DNA of 64,000 nt from NCBI GenBank assembly GCA_964016885.1, contig OZ024746.1, positions 77,810,001-77,874,000 of the forward strand. Reading direction: 5' to 3'. The notes below the pieces were generated by a model. The model was not told the origin of the DNA. It was given only the letters and a program-made list of their open reading frames with translations, and made no database searches. Below are positions 1-13,233 of this stretch, in pieces. This DNA comes from Eledone cirrhosa. Its lineage: Eukaryota. A program made the position numbers and the translations under genes. Numbering within the stretch: position 1 is the first letter of the stretch; every line of letters starts with the position of its first letter.

Positions 1-174
1 ACCACCACCACCACCACCACCACCACTACTACTACTACTACCTGTAATACCTACATGTGTATGTATATGTCTCCTTGCATCTCCTTTTTTTCACATCATC
101 CTTTCACACCCTCTCTTTTCTTCTCATTCTCTCCTTCATATTGTTAGTATTATTATTTTTATTTACCTGCCTAC

Positions 175-223
<49 letters not shown>

Positions 224-574
224 CATACATACACACACACAGATGCATACATTCACATACATACACATACATGGCTCCATCAATCTCCTTTTTATTTTGT
301 TTGTTTTCTTTTTTTGTTTTTTTTTTCCCTCTCCATGTCATGCTCTGCTTCCTTGCATATCCCCCCCCCCCTCCTCCTCCCCACCACACTTCATCCACCA
401 CCACCACCACCCTCCACCCCACTCCAACACCAACACCAACAACGTCTCTTGATGTGCACTTAATACAAAATCAATATGCTAGGTTGAAGACTAACATAAA
501 AGTCTGCAGCAATAGCAGCAACAACAACAACAACAACTGCAACTGCAGCAAGAAACAAGCGGGGCCAGGGTCTA

Positions 575-596
575 GCTCTCTATATCTATCGTCCTG

Positions 597-631
<35 letters not shown>

Positions 632-949
632 GTCTGTCTGTCTATATATCTATCTATCTATCGTCCTGTCTCTCTCTCTCTATCTATCTATCTATCTGTC
701 TGTCTGTCTATATATCTATCTATCTATCGTCCTGTCTCTCTCTCTATCTATCTATCTGTCTGTCTGTCTATATATCTATTTATCCATCTGTTAATATAGC
801 TATCTATCTATCCATCTCTCTCTTTATCTATCTATCTATATATCCATCTATCTACTTATTTAACTGTCTATCTATCTCTCCATCTACCTATCTCTCCATC
901 TATCTATCTCTCCATCTATCTATCTATATATCTCTCTATCTATCTCTCC

Positions 950-987
<38 letters not shown>

Positions 988-1015
988 TTGTCTATCTATT
1001 TAACTATCTCCATAT
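575..1015. repeat. Compound (TATC)/(TC)/(TGTC) microsatellite
   Basis: Direct reading of the tetra- and dinucleotide runs; explains the SIYL-rich ORF. Confidence 0.95.
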
Positions 1016-1254
1016 CTGATCCCCTATAATTGTCAATGAACTTAATCCTATATTACACCAAAGCTTACAACTACAGCCACCACCACCACCACCACCTTCA
1101 TCCCCACCCATACCACCATCAAATATGTACACTTGGTCAATGCCACTCCTCTCTACCATTCATTACCACCACCAACACCACCATCATACCACCACCATTA
1201 CCATAACAAATGCACACTTGGATAGCACTAGTATCTCTACCCCTGTCATTACCA

Positions 1255-2160
1255 GCATCACCACAACCACCACCACCACAACCACCACCACCACCACCAC
1301 CATCACCACAATAACAATCACCGCCACCACCACCATCACCACAATAACAATCACCACCACCATCACGATCACGACAATAACAATCACCACCACCACCATC
1401 ACAACCATCACCACCACAACCACCATCACCACCACAACCACCACCACCATCACGACAATAACAATCACCACCACCACCACCACCACCATTACAACCACCA
1501 CCACCACCATCACAACCATCACCACCACAACCACCATCACAACCACCACCACCACCACCATCACCACAATAACAATCACCACCATTACAACCACCATCAC
1601 AACCATCACCACCACCACCACCACAACCACAACCACCACCACCACCACAACCACCACCACAACCACCATCACAACCACCACCACCACCATCACCACAATA
1701 ACCACCACCACCACCATTACAACCACCACCACCACCACCACCACAATAACCACCACCACCACCACCATTACAACCACCATTACAACCACCACCACAACCA
1801 CCACCACCACCATCACAACCACAACCACTACCCCCACAAATGCACACTTAGTTGCCTGTACTCTCACCACAAGCGGTAGCAAAAAAAATCCCTTATGTGC
1901 AACACCACTATCCATTACCACTCTATTTTCTACCACCACCACCTCTACAATTTACACATGGGTAACACTAGTATCTCTACCATCACCATCACCATCACTA
2001 CCACTACGAATGTACACCTGGTCACCTTCTCTCACCACCACCACCTCCACAATTTACACTTATATCTCTACCACTTTCATTACCACCACCACCACCACCA
2101 CCACCACCACCACCACCGCCACCACACTTACCAGCACCACTACTACCACTACAAATTTAC
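1255..2160 (+). repeat. Degenerate (ACC)n trinucleotide tract
   Basis: ACC/ACA/ATC repeats; source of the poly-Thr and poly-Val ORFs. Confidence 0.95.
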
Positions 2161-2429
2161 ACCTGGTCACCTTCTCTCACCACCACCACTACCATCACCA
2201 CCATAAGTGTACACTTGGTCAGTTCTACCCTTACCACCACCACCACCTCCTCCACTACCACTACAACAAATTCACAATTGACCAACACCAATGCACCTAC
2301 CTACCTACCTACCTACCTACCACTCTTACTACTACCATACCACCATTGCCGCCATCACCTCTCTACACACATCCCCACCACATCTATCAGCACTGCATAC
2401 CACCACTGGCAGCACTTCACTGGGGCTGT

Positions 2430-2737
2430 GTTGTAGTAGTGGCGGCGGTGATGGTGGCGGTGGCGGTGGTAGTAGTATAATGGTGGTGGTGGTGGTGGTG
2501 GTGGCGGCGGCGGCGGCAGTAGTATAATGGTGGTGGCGGTGGTGGTGGTGGTGGTAGTGTAGTGTAATGGTGGTGGTGGTAGTGGTGGTGTAATGGTGGT
2601 GGTGGTAGTGGTGGTGGTGGTAGTGGTGGTGTAATGGTGGTGGTGGTAGTGTAATGGTGGTGGTGGTAGTGGTAGTGTAATGGTGGTGGTGGTGTAATGG
2701 TGGTGGTGGTAGTGGTAGTGTAATGGTGGTGGTGGTG
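2430..2737 (+). repeat. (GGT)n tract, opposite orientation to the upstream ACC tract
   Basis: Direct reading. Confidence 0.95.
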
Positions 2738-3244
2738 AAGTCTTTGTCAGCAATCTTGACATTGCATAAGATCATCAACCTGTACTTATGTTACGCTGCA
2801 CAGAGGAGGGAGGAGAGAGAGAGAAGGTGAGAGGGAACAGGAGAGAGAGAGAGAGAGAGGGGGTGTAGGAAGGAGAGCAAAGAGAAAGAATAGTAGGAAA
2901 GAAGGGAGAGGAAAGAGAAAGACAGAGAATGGATGAAGATCTTTTGTGTGGACAGTCATTTAGTTTGCCTAGTGCATGGAGATTGTGTGTGTGTGTGTGT
3001 GTGTGAGTGTGTGTGTGTGTGTGAGAGAGAATGTGCATGTGTTCATGTGCATGCGTGAGACTGTGTATGTGTGTAGATGAGTGCATCCGTATATGCTGTG
3101 TACAGGTGTGTATGTATATACGTGATACGGTATTTCTGTGTAGTATAGTAAGAAGCTATTGTCACCTGCTTGTCCATCTTTCTTCAGTGGCCATCTTAGA
3201 TGATACCTAAGTCTCACCACTGATACAGATTCACTGCATAGCTT

Positions 3245-3740
3245 CTGTTTCTTCTTCTTTGCCTTCTTCTTCTTTACCTTCTACTTCTTTCTTCTTCTTC
3301 TTCTTCTTCTTCTTCTTCTTTGCCTTTTTCTTCTTCTTCTTTTTCTTTGCCTCCTTCTTCTTCTTCTTCTTTGCCTTCTTCTTTGCCTTCTTCTTCTTTG
3401 CCTTCTTCTTCTTCTTCTTCTTCTTCTTCTTCTTCTTCTTCTTCTTCTTCTTCTTCTTCTTCTTCTTCTTCTTCTTCTCTGCCTTCTTCTTCTTCTTCTT
3501 CTTCTTCTTCTTCTTCTTCTTCTTTGCCTTCTTCTTCTTCTTTGCCTTCTTCTTCTTTGCCTTCTTCTTCTTCTTCTTCTTCTTCTTCTTCTTCTTCTTC
3601 TTCTTCTTCTTCTCTGCCTTCTTCTTCTTCTTCTTCTTCTTCTTCTTCTCTGCCTTCTTCTTCTTCTTCTTCTTCTTCTTCTTCTTCTTCTTCTTCTTCT
3701 TCTTCTTCTTCTTCTTCTTTGCCTTCTTCCGCCTTCTTCT
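3245..3740 (+). repeat. ~490 bp (TTC)n tract with periodic TGCC interruptions
   Basis: Direct reading; source of the poly-F/S/K/E ORFs. Confidence 0.97.
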
Positions 3741-4090
3741 CCACCCAGTTATTCCTGAGAGTGTCGTGGGGGTAGAATCCTCCAACACTCCCCCCAGCAG
3801 GTCCTATCAGAAGCAACTGTCCCCAACTGATTTGGCTGGATCCCCAAGCGTGACCAGCCAAGCTCATGGATGTTATCCAACCATTTTGCTCAGGGTCTAC
3901 CTCTGGGTCTCATGCCGGTTGGTTTTGCTTGTAAAATCGGCCCAGCAATTCTTTCCTGAGACATTCTAACCACATGCCCATAGTATCGGAGCTGTGATCT
4001 CTCAATTCAGAGAAGTAGCAGCTCTACCTGGAGTGACCCTCTGATTTTCAAGCTATGCACTTTATTGAGTAATGTTACTCCGAAGACCCA
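3741..4090. mobile_element. Interspersed repeat abutting (TTC)n; second copy at 43440-43680
   Basis: Both copies share CACCCA.TTATTCCTGAGAG...GGATCCCCAAGCGTGAC.AGCC.AGCTCATGG...TTCTAACCACATG. Confidence 0.75.
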
Positions 4091-4124
4091 CCAGAAGAAT
4101 CCTATTTTTTACATTTATATTCGC

Positions 4125-4560
4125 AGTCATATTCTTTTAGTCATTACTTCAGATTCATGACCGTAGGTAAGGGTTAGCATGAATACTGAGTGGTGAAACT
4201 GGCGCATTACTGCACCAGCTCCTGCAATTCTTGCACTTAATTCATCCACCTGCCTTTTATCACTTGTGAACACAGCCCTGGGATATTTGAACTTCTCTAT
4301 CTGCTTCAGTTGAATCCATTTACATGTAGAGTGCACTGCACAGGCTTCCTTGAGAAGACGAGTGTCTCAGTTTTTGCATAACTGATTTTCATTCCAGCCT
4401 TGAAGCACTCGGCAGCAAATCTATTGAGTGCAACTCGGAGATCACCTTCTGTCATGTTAAGTAACACCATGTTGTCTGCAAATTCCAGTCAACTGATTTT
4501 ACACCCACCAGTCATGATACCACTTCCAACCTGGCTGCACATGTTAATCCTGTTCATGGA
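4125..4560 (-). mobile_element. RTE-clade LINE reverse transcriptase relic
   Basis: Minus-strand translation gives FADNMVLL, KAGMKIS..KTE, QLKQIEKFKY and LTLTYGHE motifs, with disruptions. Confidence 0.75.
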
Positions 4561-4680
4561 AATAATTGTTTCTACTTTTGGCACAAGGCCAGCAATCACC
4601 CAGTGCATTACTGGTGCTTTATTTTATCGACCCCATAAGGATGAAAAGCAAAGTTAACCTCGGCGGGATTTGAACTCAAA
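4561..4680 (-). mobile_element. tRNA-derived SINE family A, 5'-truncated
   Basis: Reverse complement of the B box GAGTTCAAATCCCGCC, the central ..TTTCATCCT..GGGGTCGATAAAATAAAG and the 3' GGCCTTGTGCCAAAAGTAGAAACAATTAT. Confidence 0.9.
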
Positions 4681-5514
4681 CCAGGAGACGTGCCAATTTA
4701 GCACCATTTATCCGAACACAAATACTTGGGCATTCATATAGATATTATTCAGAAATGGAGATACTATTAATTTGCATATAATTAGTATATAAATATACAT
4801 ACGTTAAAAATATTAACTAATCAGGACTGTTTATGCAATACACCACTCAGTGAAAGATGGCTCATTTAGATTTAAGCAGTCGTCATGTGTATCCTTCTAA
4901 ATATGATCTGTTAGTCCTTGACAGAGTGTACATTCAATAATGGTAAATGCGACATTACTCCAGACTTCATTTGAAAGTCCCTCTGTAGCATAGTCCTTTT
5001 TCGTAGTCAGTATGGGAGATAACTCAGACATATTTCACCTTCTTTTAATTGTTCCTCAGTGAAGCGTAGCATTTCTGTAACTTTAGCCTGTTTACTGTTC
5101 AAATCATTAACCAGGCTTTCGTGTTCATTGTTGTCAATATTTATCCCTGATATACTTGTGAATATTTTTTGAGGCGTGTGTATGATTTTTATGTATGTGT
5201 AAATATGCACGTGTGTTAGTGTATATATATGTATGTGTATGTGTGTATATACGATTTAATGTATTTATGTTTACATAGTATCAAACACACACATACATCA
5301 TCATCATTGGACATTAAATGACATGTGTATATGTATGTATTAGTCCAACCTGTGCCAGCATGGAAAATGGATGTTAAATCATCATATATGTATATATATA
5401 TATATATGCACTATATATATATATATATATATATCTAAAGATATATATATATATATATCTAAAGATATATATATATATCTTTATACATATATATCTTTAT
5501 ATATATATCTATCT

Positions 5515-5871
5515 AAGGCGGGTAAAATTCCCGAGATCCATGCACGAGTTCTCTCCAGCGGTCTCTGTCCCTCATTATCGCTGCCATGTCCTGCGTCTCC
5601 AACAGACCAGTGTCTGACCTTAGGGCATCAACATACGTTAACCTTGGTCTTCCTCTTCTAGTGTGTCCATGTAGGGGCTCCCAAAGGTGCTACACGAGAA
5701 TGCTGAGGATGGCTCTGAACATTAATCAGTATACACTGAGGATGAAAAACTCAGAGCTGTATGGGAGCCTCCCAAAAGTCAGCTCAAAAGTGACACAGAG
5801 GAGACTGAGGTTGGCTGGACATGCTCACCGACATCCAGAGTTGACATTGCACTCAGTACTCCTTTGGGAGC

Positions 5872-5876
<5 letters not shown>
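5515..5876 (-). mobile_element. RTE LINE 3' fragment with inverted 5' part
   Basis: Minus 5687->5515 encodes LWEPLHGHTRRGRPRLTYVD..MRDRDRWR. Plus 5688->5876 encodes the upstream YTRMLRMALNI..RRLRLAGHAHRH..LLWEP. Confidence 0.85.
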
Positions 5877-5907
<31 letters not shown>

Positions 5908-5954
5908 TTATATATATATATCTTTATATAAGCGCGCGCGCGCACACACACACA

Positions 5955-5985
<31 letters not shown>

Positions 5986-6264
5986 GTATGTTTGTGTGTA
6001 AACATAGATACATGAGAATGTATATATATATATTTCATTGAATACATTGTATATGTATAGAATTGCATTTATATACATAGTTATGTTAATATACAAGCCT
6101 GTTTCTTTATCCTCCTCATTTCAATTTCAACTCAATTAGACTGAAGCCATGTAGAACAAACAACAACAACAACAACAGACATCTGTGATCTGTGTTATGT
6201 TATACATGTCTGTATGTTAAACAACATACATACACATATGAATAAGATTTACTCCATACCAACA

Positions 6265-7945
6265 TATACACCTGTGCATACAGTTCCTACATGGCCACCT
6301 CCATATACACCTGTGTGCTTAAAGTTCCTACATGGCCACCTCCATATACACCTGTGTGCTTAAAGTTCCTACATGGCCACCTCCATATACACATGTGTGC
6401 TTAGCGTTCCTACATGGCCACCTCCATATACACCTGTGTGCTTAAAGTTCCTACATGGCCACCTCCATATACACCTGTGTGCTTAAAGTTCCTACATGGC
6501 CACCTCCATATACACCCACATGTGCTTAAAGTTCCTACATGGCCACCTCCATATACACCTGTGTGCTTAGAGTTCCTACATGGCCACCTCCATATACACC
6601 CACATGTGCTTAGCGTTCCTACATGGCCACCTCCATATACACCCACATGTGCTTAGAGTTCCTACATGGCCACCTCCATATACACCCACATGTGCTTAGA
6701 GTTCCTACATGGCCACCTCCATATACACCCACATGTGCTTAGAGTTCCTACATGGCCACCTCCATATACACCTGTGTGCTTAGAGTTCCTACATGGCCAC
6801 CTCCATATACACCTGTGTGCTTAAAGTTCCTACATGGCCACCTCCATATACACCTGTGTGCTTAAAGTTCCTACATGGCCACCTCCATATACACCTGTGT
6901 GCTTAAAGTTCCTACATGGCCACCTCCATATACACCTGTGTGCTTAAAGTTCCTACATGGCCACCTCCATATACACCTGTGTGCTTAAAGTTCCTACATG
7001 GCCACCTCCATATACACCTGTGTGCTTAAAGTTCCTACATGGCCACCTCCATATACACCTGTGTGCTTAAAGTTCCTACATGGCCACCTCCATATACACC
7101 TGTGTGCTTAAAGTTCGTACATGGCCACCTCCATATACACCTGTGTGCTTAAAGTTCCTACATGGCCACCTCCATATACACCTGTGTGCTTAAAGTTCCT
7201 ACATGGCCACCTCCATATACACCTGTGTGCTTAAAGTTCCTACATGGCCACCTCCATATACACCTGTGTGCTTAAAGTTCGTACATGGCCACCTCCATAT
7301 ACACCTGTGTGCTTAAAGTTCCTACATGGCCACCTCCATATACACCCACATGTGCTTAAAGTTCCTACATGGCCACCTCCATATACACCTGTGTGCTTAG
7401 AGTTCCTACATGGCCACCTCCATATACACCCACATGTGCTTAGCGTTCCTACATGGCCACCTCCATATACACCCACATGTGCTTAGAGTTCCTACATGGC
7501 CACCTCCATATACACCCACATGTGCTTAGAGTTCCTACATGGCCACCTCCATATACACCCACATGTGCTTAGAGTTCCTACATGGCCACCTCCATATACA
7601 CCTGTGTGCTTAGAGTTCCTACATGGCCACCTCCATATACACCTGTGTGCTTAGAGTTCCTACATGGCATCCTCCATATACACCTGTGTGCTTAAAGTTC
7701 CTACATGGCCACCTCCATATACACCGGTGTGCTTACAGTTCCTACATGGCATCCTCCATATACACCTGTGTGCTTAAAGTTCCTACATGGCCACCTCCAT
7801 ATACACCGGTGTGCTTACAGTTCCTACATGGCATCCTCCATATACACCTGTGTGCTTAAAGTTCCTACATGGCCACCTCCATATACACCGGTGTGCTTAC
7901 AGTTCCTACATGGCATCCTCCATATACACCTGTGTGCTTAGAGTT
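6265..7945. repeat. Minisatellite, 41 bp unit (44 bp variant), ~40 copies
   Basis: Unit CCTGTGTGCTTAAAGTTCCTACATGGCCACCTCCATATACA in contiguous tandem copies, with no spacers. Confidence 0.97.
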
Positions 7946-8670
7946 TATATATACACACATGTACATAGAGCTCTTACATATAAACACATGTACATAGAGT
8001 TCCTATATATGCACACATGTACATAGAGTTCCAATATATACACACATGTACATAGAGTTCCTATATATGCACACATGTACATAGAGTTCCAATATATACA
8101 CACATGTACATAGAGTTCCTATATATGCACACATGTACATAGAGTTCCAATATATACACACATGTACATAGAGTTCCTATATATATATATACACATGTAC
8201 ATAGGGTTCCTATATATACACACATATACACATGTACATAGAGTTCCTATATATACACACATGTACATAGATTTCCTATATATATATATACACATGTACA
8301 TAGAGTTCTTACATATACACACATGTACATAGAGTTCTTACATATACACAGATGTACATAGAGTTCCTATATATACACACATGTACATAGAGTTCCTATA
8401 TATACACACATGTACATAGAGTTCCTATATATACACACATGTACATAGAGTTCCTATATATACACACATGTACATAGAGTTCCTATATATACACACATGT
8501 ACATAGAGTTCCTATATATACACACATGTACATAGAGTTCCTATATATATACACACATGTACATAGAGTTCCTATATATACACACATGTACATAGAGTTC
8601 CTATATATACACACATGTACATAGAGTTCCTATATATATATACACACATGTACATAGAGTTCCTATATAT
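7946..8670. repeat. Minisatellite, ~28-32 bp unit ACACACATGTACATAGAGTTCCTATATAT
   Basis: Direct reading; the TA run length varies between units. Confidence 0.95.
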
Positions 8671-9128
8671 GTTGTAATTACTTTAATATTGATAATTATT
8701 TCTGTTTGATGCTCGTTTGTTCTCTGTCATTATATAATGTTATTGTTATTATTATTGTCATCATTATTATTATTGTTATTATCATTATTATAGTTGTTGT
8801 TGTTGGTTCTGTTCACACGTCTTCTCTTTAATACTGTCATTAGAAGGTGTATATATATATATATATATTTTTTTTTTTACATATGGAATTCTGTAGGATT
8901 TTTTTCTCCTTTCTAGACCTGCCTCAATGCTTTAATGGGTAACAATTTTGAAGTGTAGTGTGTGTGTGTGTGTATACATATACATATATGTGTGTATATA
9001 TGTTTATGTATATATGTGTGTGTGTGTATATATATATATGTGTGTGTGTTTATTTGTATATATATATATATATATGTATGTATATATATATATATGTATA
9101 TATATAGGTATGTGTGCGTGTGTATGTG

Positions 9129-9209
<81 letters not shown>

Positions 9210-9621
9210 CAAATTGCATGTATGTGTGTTTCTGTGTCAGAACATCCAAATGTGTATTATTTGCAGCCATTAAATGCTTTTTTTTTTTTTTTTAAAATGG
9301 CTCTGAACTGTAATTAATCTAAGTTACAGAAGTAACTTAAGTGAAAAACAAATATACTGGATAAATAAATAATTTTAGAAAAATAGAAATAAATGCAGGT
9401 ATTGTCTCCAAAAGACAGTGGCTCTTTATTTTTTTTCCTTCTCTTCATTCTTTTTGCCTTGTATTTTTCTTGGTTATGTATTTTCTGAGTCTGTGTCTAC
9501 TTTACTGCTATAAAGTCTTTATAATGCTGTGGCTTTGTTTAAAAGTGTTATACCTTTTTTTTTTTTTATATGTTGTAGTAGCTTAGTGCTGACTTGGTAG
9601 ATCCTTTAAAGCATCATATGG

Positions 9622-9652
<31 letters not shown>

Positions 9653-9689
9653 TTTTTAACCTTTTCATTACCATATTTAATGATAATAA

Positions 9690-10103
9690 TAATAATGAAA
9701 ATTATTGTGTACAGTGCTCAGGTGCACTACAATTCATCAAAGGTGCATATATAGTACATAGAATAATAAGTGCAAAATGTCAGAAAAGTGAATAGTGTAT
9801 GAGTCATGATATACACACAGAACCATACACACATGCATGCATGTGTGTATGGAGGGAGGATATCAGGTATAGTGTTGGTAAATTTTGGGAAGCATGGAGT
9901 GTCCTGACAGCTAACAACTGATGCAGGTAGTTTGTTCCATGCTTCAGCAACTCTGAACATGAAAAAATGTTTCTAAAAGTCATGGGAGCTGTACTGTTTT
10001 CTATCTTGTAAGCATGTCCACAGCTGTTAGACATATGGAATTCAAAAAGGTGCTCAGGGTTGTTGTTGGAAAGATGGTTAAGGATTTTGTGGGTGTTTAC
10101 CAC
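9690..10103 (-). mobile_element. CR1/L2-type LINE 3' end relic
   Basis: Frameshifted HKILN..GHAYKI..FRVAEAWNKLPASVV motif followed by a 3' UTR. Confidence 0.75.
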
Positions 10104-10104
10104 T

Positions 10105-10300
10105 ATTGAAAGACACCACCAATAATTTTCAAATAATTTTGAAAATATTTAAGTTGGTATTTGGAGGTTAATCTAACAAAGGTTAGATTTGCATAAAATT
10201 ATGATGGAAGGTTTTCAGATAAATATCAGTGCTTTAAAATAAAGTTTTGTCTCATAGAACCATGACCACTTTTACATGGTTTGGTACTAAAAGGATTAAA
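10105..10300 (+). mobile_element. Old AT-rich DNA-transposon/MITE family B copy
   Basis: Shares CATAAAATTATGATGGAAGGTTTT..CATAGAACC..GGTTGGTA..AAAGG.TTAA with the copies at 11.8-12.8, 19.6-20.2 and 56.65 kb. Confidence 0.6.
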
Positions 10301-11086
10301 CTTAAGATTTGCTGAGTGGAAGATTTTGTGAACATCTAGTTTTGAAGGTTTTGAAATATTTTTTTTTGCGATTTAAAAAAAAAGAAAGAAAAAGAAAAAA
10401 ACAATACCAGTGAGCAGTGGACATTATTACCAAATATGGTGTGTTAAGAACATATTTATAAATCAAATTATTATTAATTTCAGTAATATGATTATTCACT
10501 GTATTGAAGACACAAATTCTCAGCAAATAGAGTCTTTGATTCAGTTAGCTGGTGTTGTAATAATCTTCAGTAATAACTTTTCCTCATCCGCCTCCTCCTC
10601 CCATCCCACCCTCCTCATTTCACCCCTCCTCCTCAATGAAAAATACTAATTGCAAGCACCCACACTCCTTTCGTTGTCTTTGCCTGTAAGGCTTATTTAA
10701 GATAATTAAGCTGGTGTTGATTTAATTAATGAAACCTCAGGGTAGAATATTTGTAGTGATTGCTATAGAACGGATGATAATAAATCCTTGATGTTCTTAA
10801 ACCACATTGATTAAAAACATGTTGTTTGGTTGTTGTTTTTTGTTTGTGTTTTGTTTTTATTCATTTTTATTTAATTTTTCAATTTCATTTAAAAGATAAT
10901 ATTGAGGCTTATTCTGTGAGCAGTGTGTGGAGATGCATGTTAAGAACCACTAGAATAAAGAAGAGAAAACCTTGTCAATGGATAAGAGAAGAAAACCAGA
11001 AAGAAAAAAAATAATATTTTCAAGGACATCTTAAAACATATTAAAATGTGAAAATAGAAGGCAGAACAGTTGTCATGAACAAATGA

Positions 11087-11412
11087 CAAGAGAGGGACAA
11101 AGCTGAATTCAGAATGAGGACACAAGGAAGGAAATAGCTCTTATATGGTCAAGGTGGACTGAAGACAAACAAAAGAAGGACAAAGTTGAATACAAGAATG
11201 AGGACACAAGGAAGGAAATAGTTCATATATGGTGAAGGTGGTCAGGAGATAAACAAGAGAGGGACAAAGCTGAATATAGGATGAGGACACAGGGAAGGAA
11301 ATAGCTTTTATATGGTCAGGGTGGACAAGAGTCAAACAAGAAAGGGACAAAGCTCAATACAGAATGAAGACACAAGAAAGGAAATAGCTCTTATATGGTC
11401 AAGGTGGATTGG
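11087..11412 (+). repeat. Tandem repeat, ~84 bp x 4
   Basis: GGGACAAAGCTGAAT..GAATGAGGACACAAGGAAGGAAATAGCTCTTATATGGTCAAGGTGGA repeated four times. Confidence 0.9.
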
Positions 11413-11799
11413 AAACAAGGTGAAGAAATGAGATCATCAAGTTAATAGGCATTATGTGGGTGAAATAAGCAAAAGACAGGACTTGGGAAGAGCTTCAACA
11501 ATAGTTTTTGAGAGATTTAGTAATATAATTTTCTCATTACAGAGAAATTGTTATAATGAAATTTACAGGGTATAAAAAAAATTTGTTGTAACGAAAAATT
11601 CTTTATAATGAGTTCGACTGAAACAAATTGAGCATTTATTACCTCAGGGTTTGAAAAATATTTTGTTATACTGAAAAATTCATTCTAATGGTATTCATTA
11701 TAACAGAATTTTACCTGTATTAACACTTAACGTTCTGTGCTGCATGAAACGATGGTGTACAATATCACTATCACTGTGTCACATTAAAGATTACAGTAT

Positions 11800-12800
11800 T
11801 TACTTTAATACTGCAAATTTTCATAACAATCTGTCCTCTAATAAAGATGTTATAGACATTTGAATTAACAAAACAATGTTTAGATATTTTTTGTTAAATC
11901 ATTACAGAATGTTAGGAGTTAATTAAGGTTCTTGCATAAAATTACAATAGAAGGCTTTTATCTAAAGTAAAATTTTGAATCATATAGCTGGCAGATGGGC
12001 TCAGGGAGTTTGGAATCAAAAGAATGAATTACGTTTAATATATTTCAATATTTTGTAAATGTATTTCTAATATAAAATACACTGAATTCAATTAATTATT
12101 GAAGAATTTTGAGGGATTTACTAAAATTATTATTTCATTACTAAGACAGCAACTTAACTTAATTCTTATGTAAAATTATGTTGGAAGATTCTAATTTAAA
12201 TAGAGACCCTTTATACTGGTGGATGGTTTTGTTTCATAAAACCGATGCCAGTTTTTATTGGGTTGGTATTGACAGGGTTAAAATAATTAGTTTTGAATCA
12301 TAGAGGTTGGGGAGGGGTTGGGGGTATATCGAGCAGTTTGGTATCAAAAAGTTTAATTATATCAAATATATTTCAATAATTTAAGAAACCTTATAAAGAT
12401 TTAAAAGTAGCATTTATAGTTGTTTCGGCTCTTATAAAACATTTATTTACCATTTTAGTGGAATTATTTCAGCTTCCATTTTTACTTGAATCTCATTAAC
12501 CCATTTGTTACTGTATTTTTGCTAAAAGATTGCTACCTATAAGTTTTCAATTAATTTCGAAAAAAAAAAGAAAAAGAAAGAATTTTGAGAAATTTAATAA
12601 AACAGTTAACTCTTTTATAATTAATCTGACACTTGAAATGTTACACAACAGAAAGTTCATATCAAATTATAGTGTAGAGTTTTAATAAAATTATGTTGCG
12701 AGGTTTTAATATAAGTATGAATTCTTCAGAATGGGTAGGTTAGTTATGTATCAGAGAGCTAGGGGTGGTTTCTGGCAGGTTCATATCGTTAAAGGGTTGA
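11800..12800 (+). mobile_element. Cluster of 3-4 decayed family B MITE copies
   Basis: Recurrent ends GGTTGGTATTGACAGGGTTAA and GTTAAAGGGTTGA; one copy starts TTAACCCATTTGTTAC at 12497. Confidence 0.55.
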
Positions 12801-12982
12801 TGTTGCTGTATTTGGTTTACAAGAGAATCAGATTTTTGTTTCTTTGATAAAACCTTTCACCATTGCCCCACCCTCGCTGCAACAGCAGCACTTAAGTCAC
12901 ACTTTCTTTGCTAATCTACTACTACTACCTCCACTACCACCACTACTTCTATTACTAAAATCACCTACGCTACCATCACCCT

Positions 12983-13014
<32 letters not shown>

Positions 13015-13189
13015 ACACCACCACCATCACTACTATCACCACCACCACTACTATCACCATCACCACCATCACTGCTAATATTTTGGAGAGTATATATATA
13101 TATGTATATTTACATACATACATACAACATCATCATCATCATCATCATCATCGTTTAACGTCCATCTTCCACGCTTGCATGGGTTTGGA

Positions 13190-13207
<18 letters not shown>

Positions 13208-13233
<26 letters not shown>

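Noticed and set aside
1125-2480. 451 aa Thr-rich mucin-like ORF and similar long low-complexity ORFs (3231, 22912, 24003, 32104, 34906, 49818)
   Set aside because: They are translations of simple repeats, open in several frames on both strands, with no domain or splice support.
6265-8670. CRISPR-like array
   Set aside because: Units are contiguous with no unique spacers, there are no cas genes, and the context is eukaryotic.
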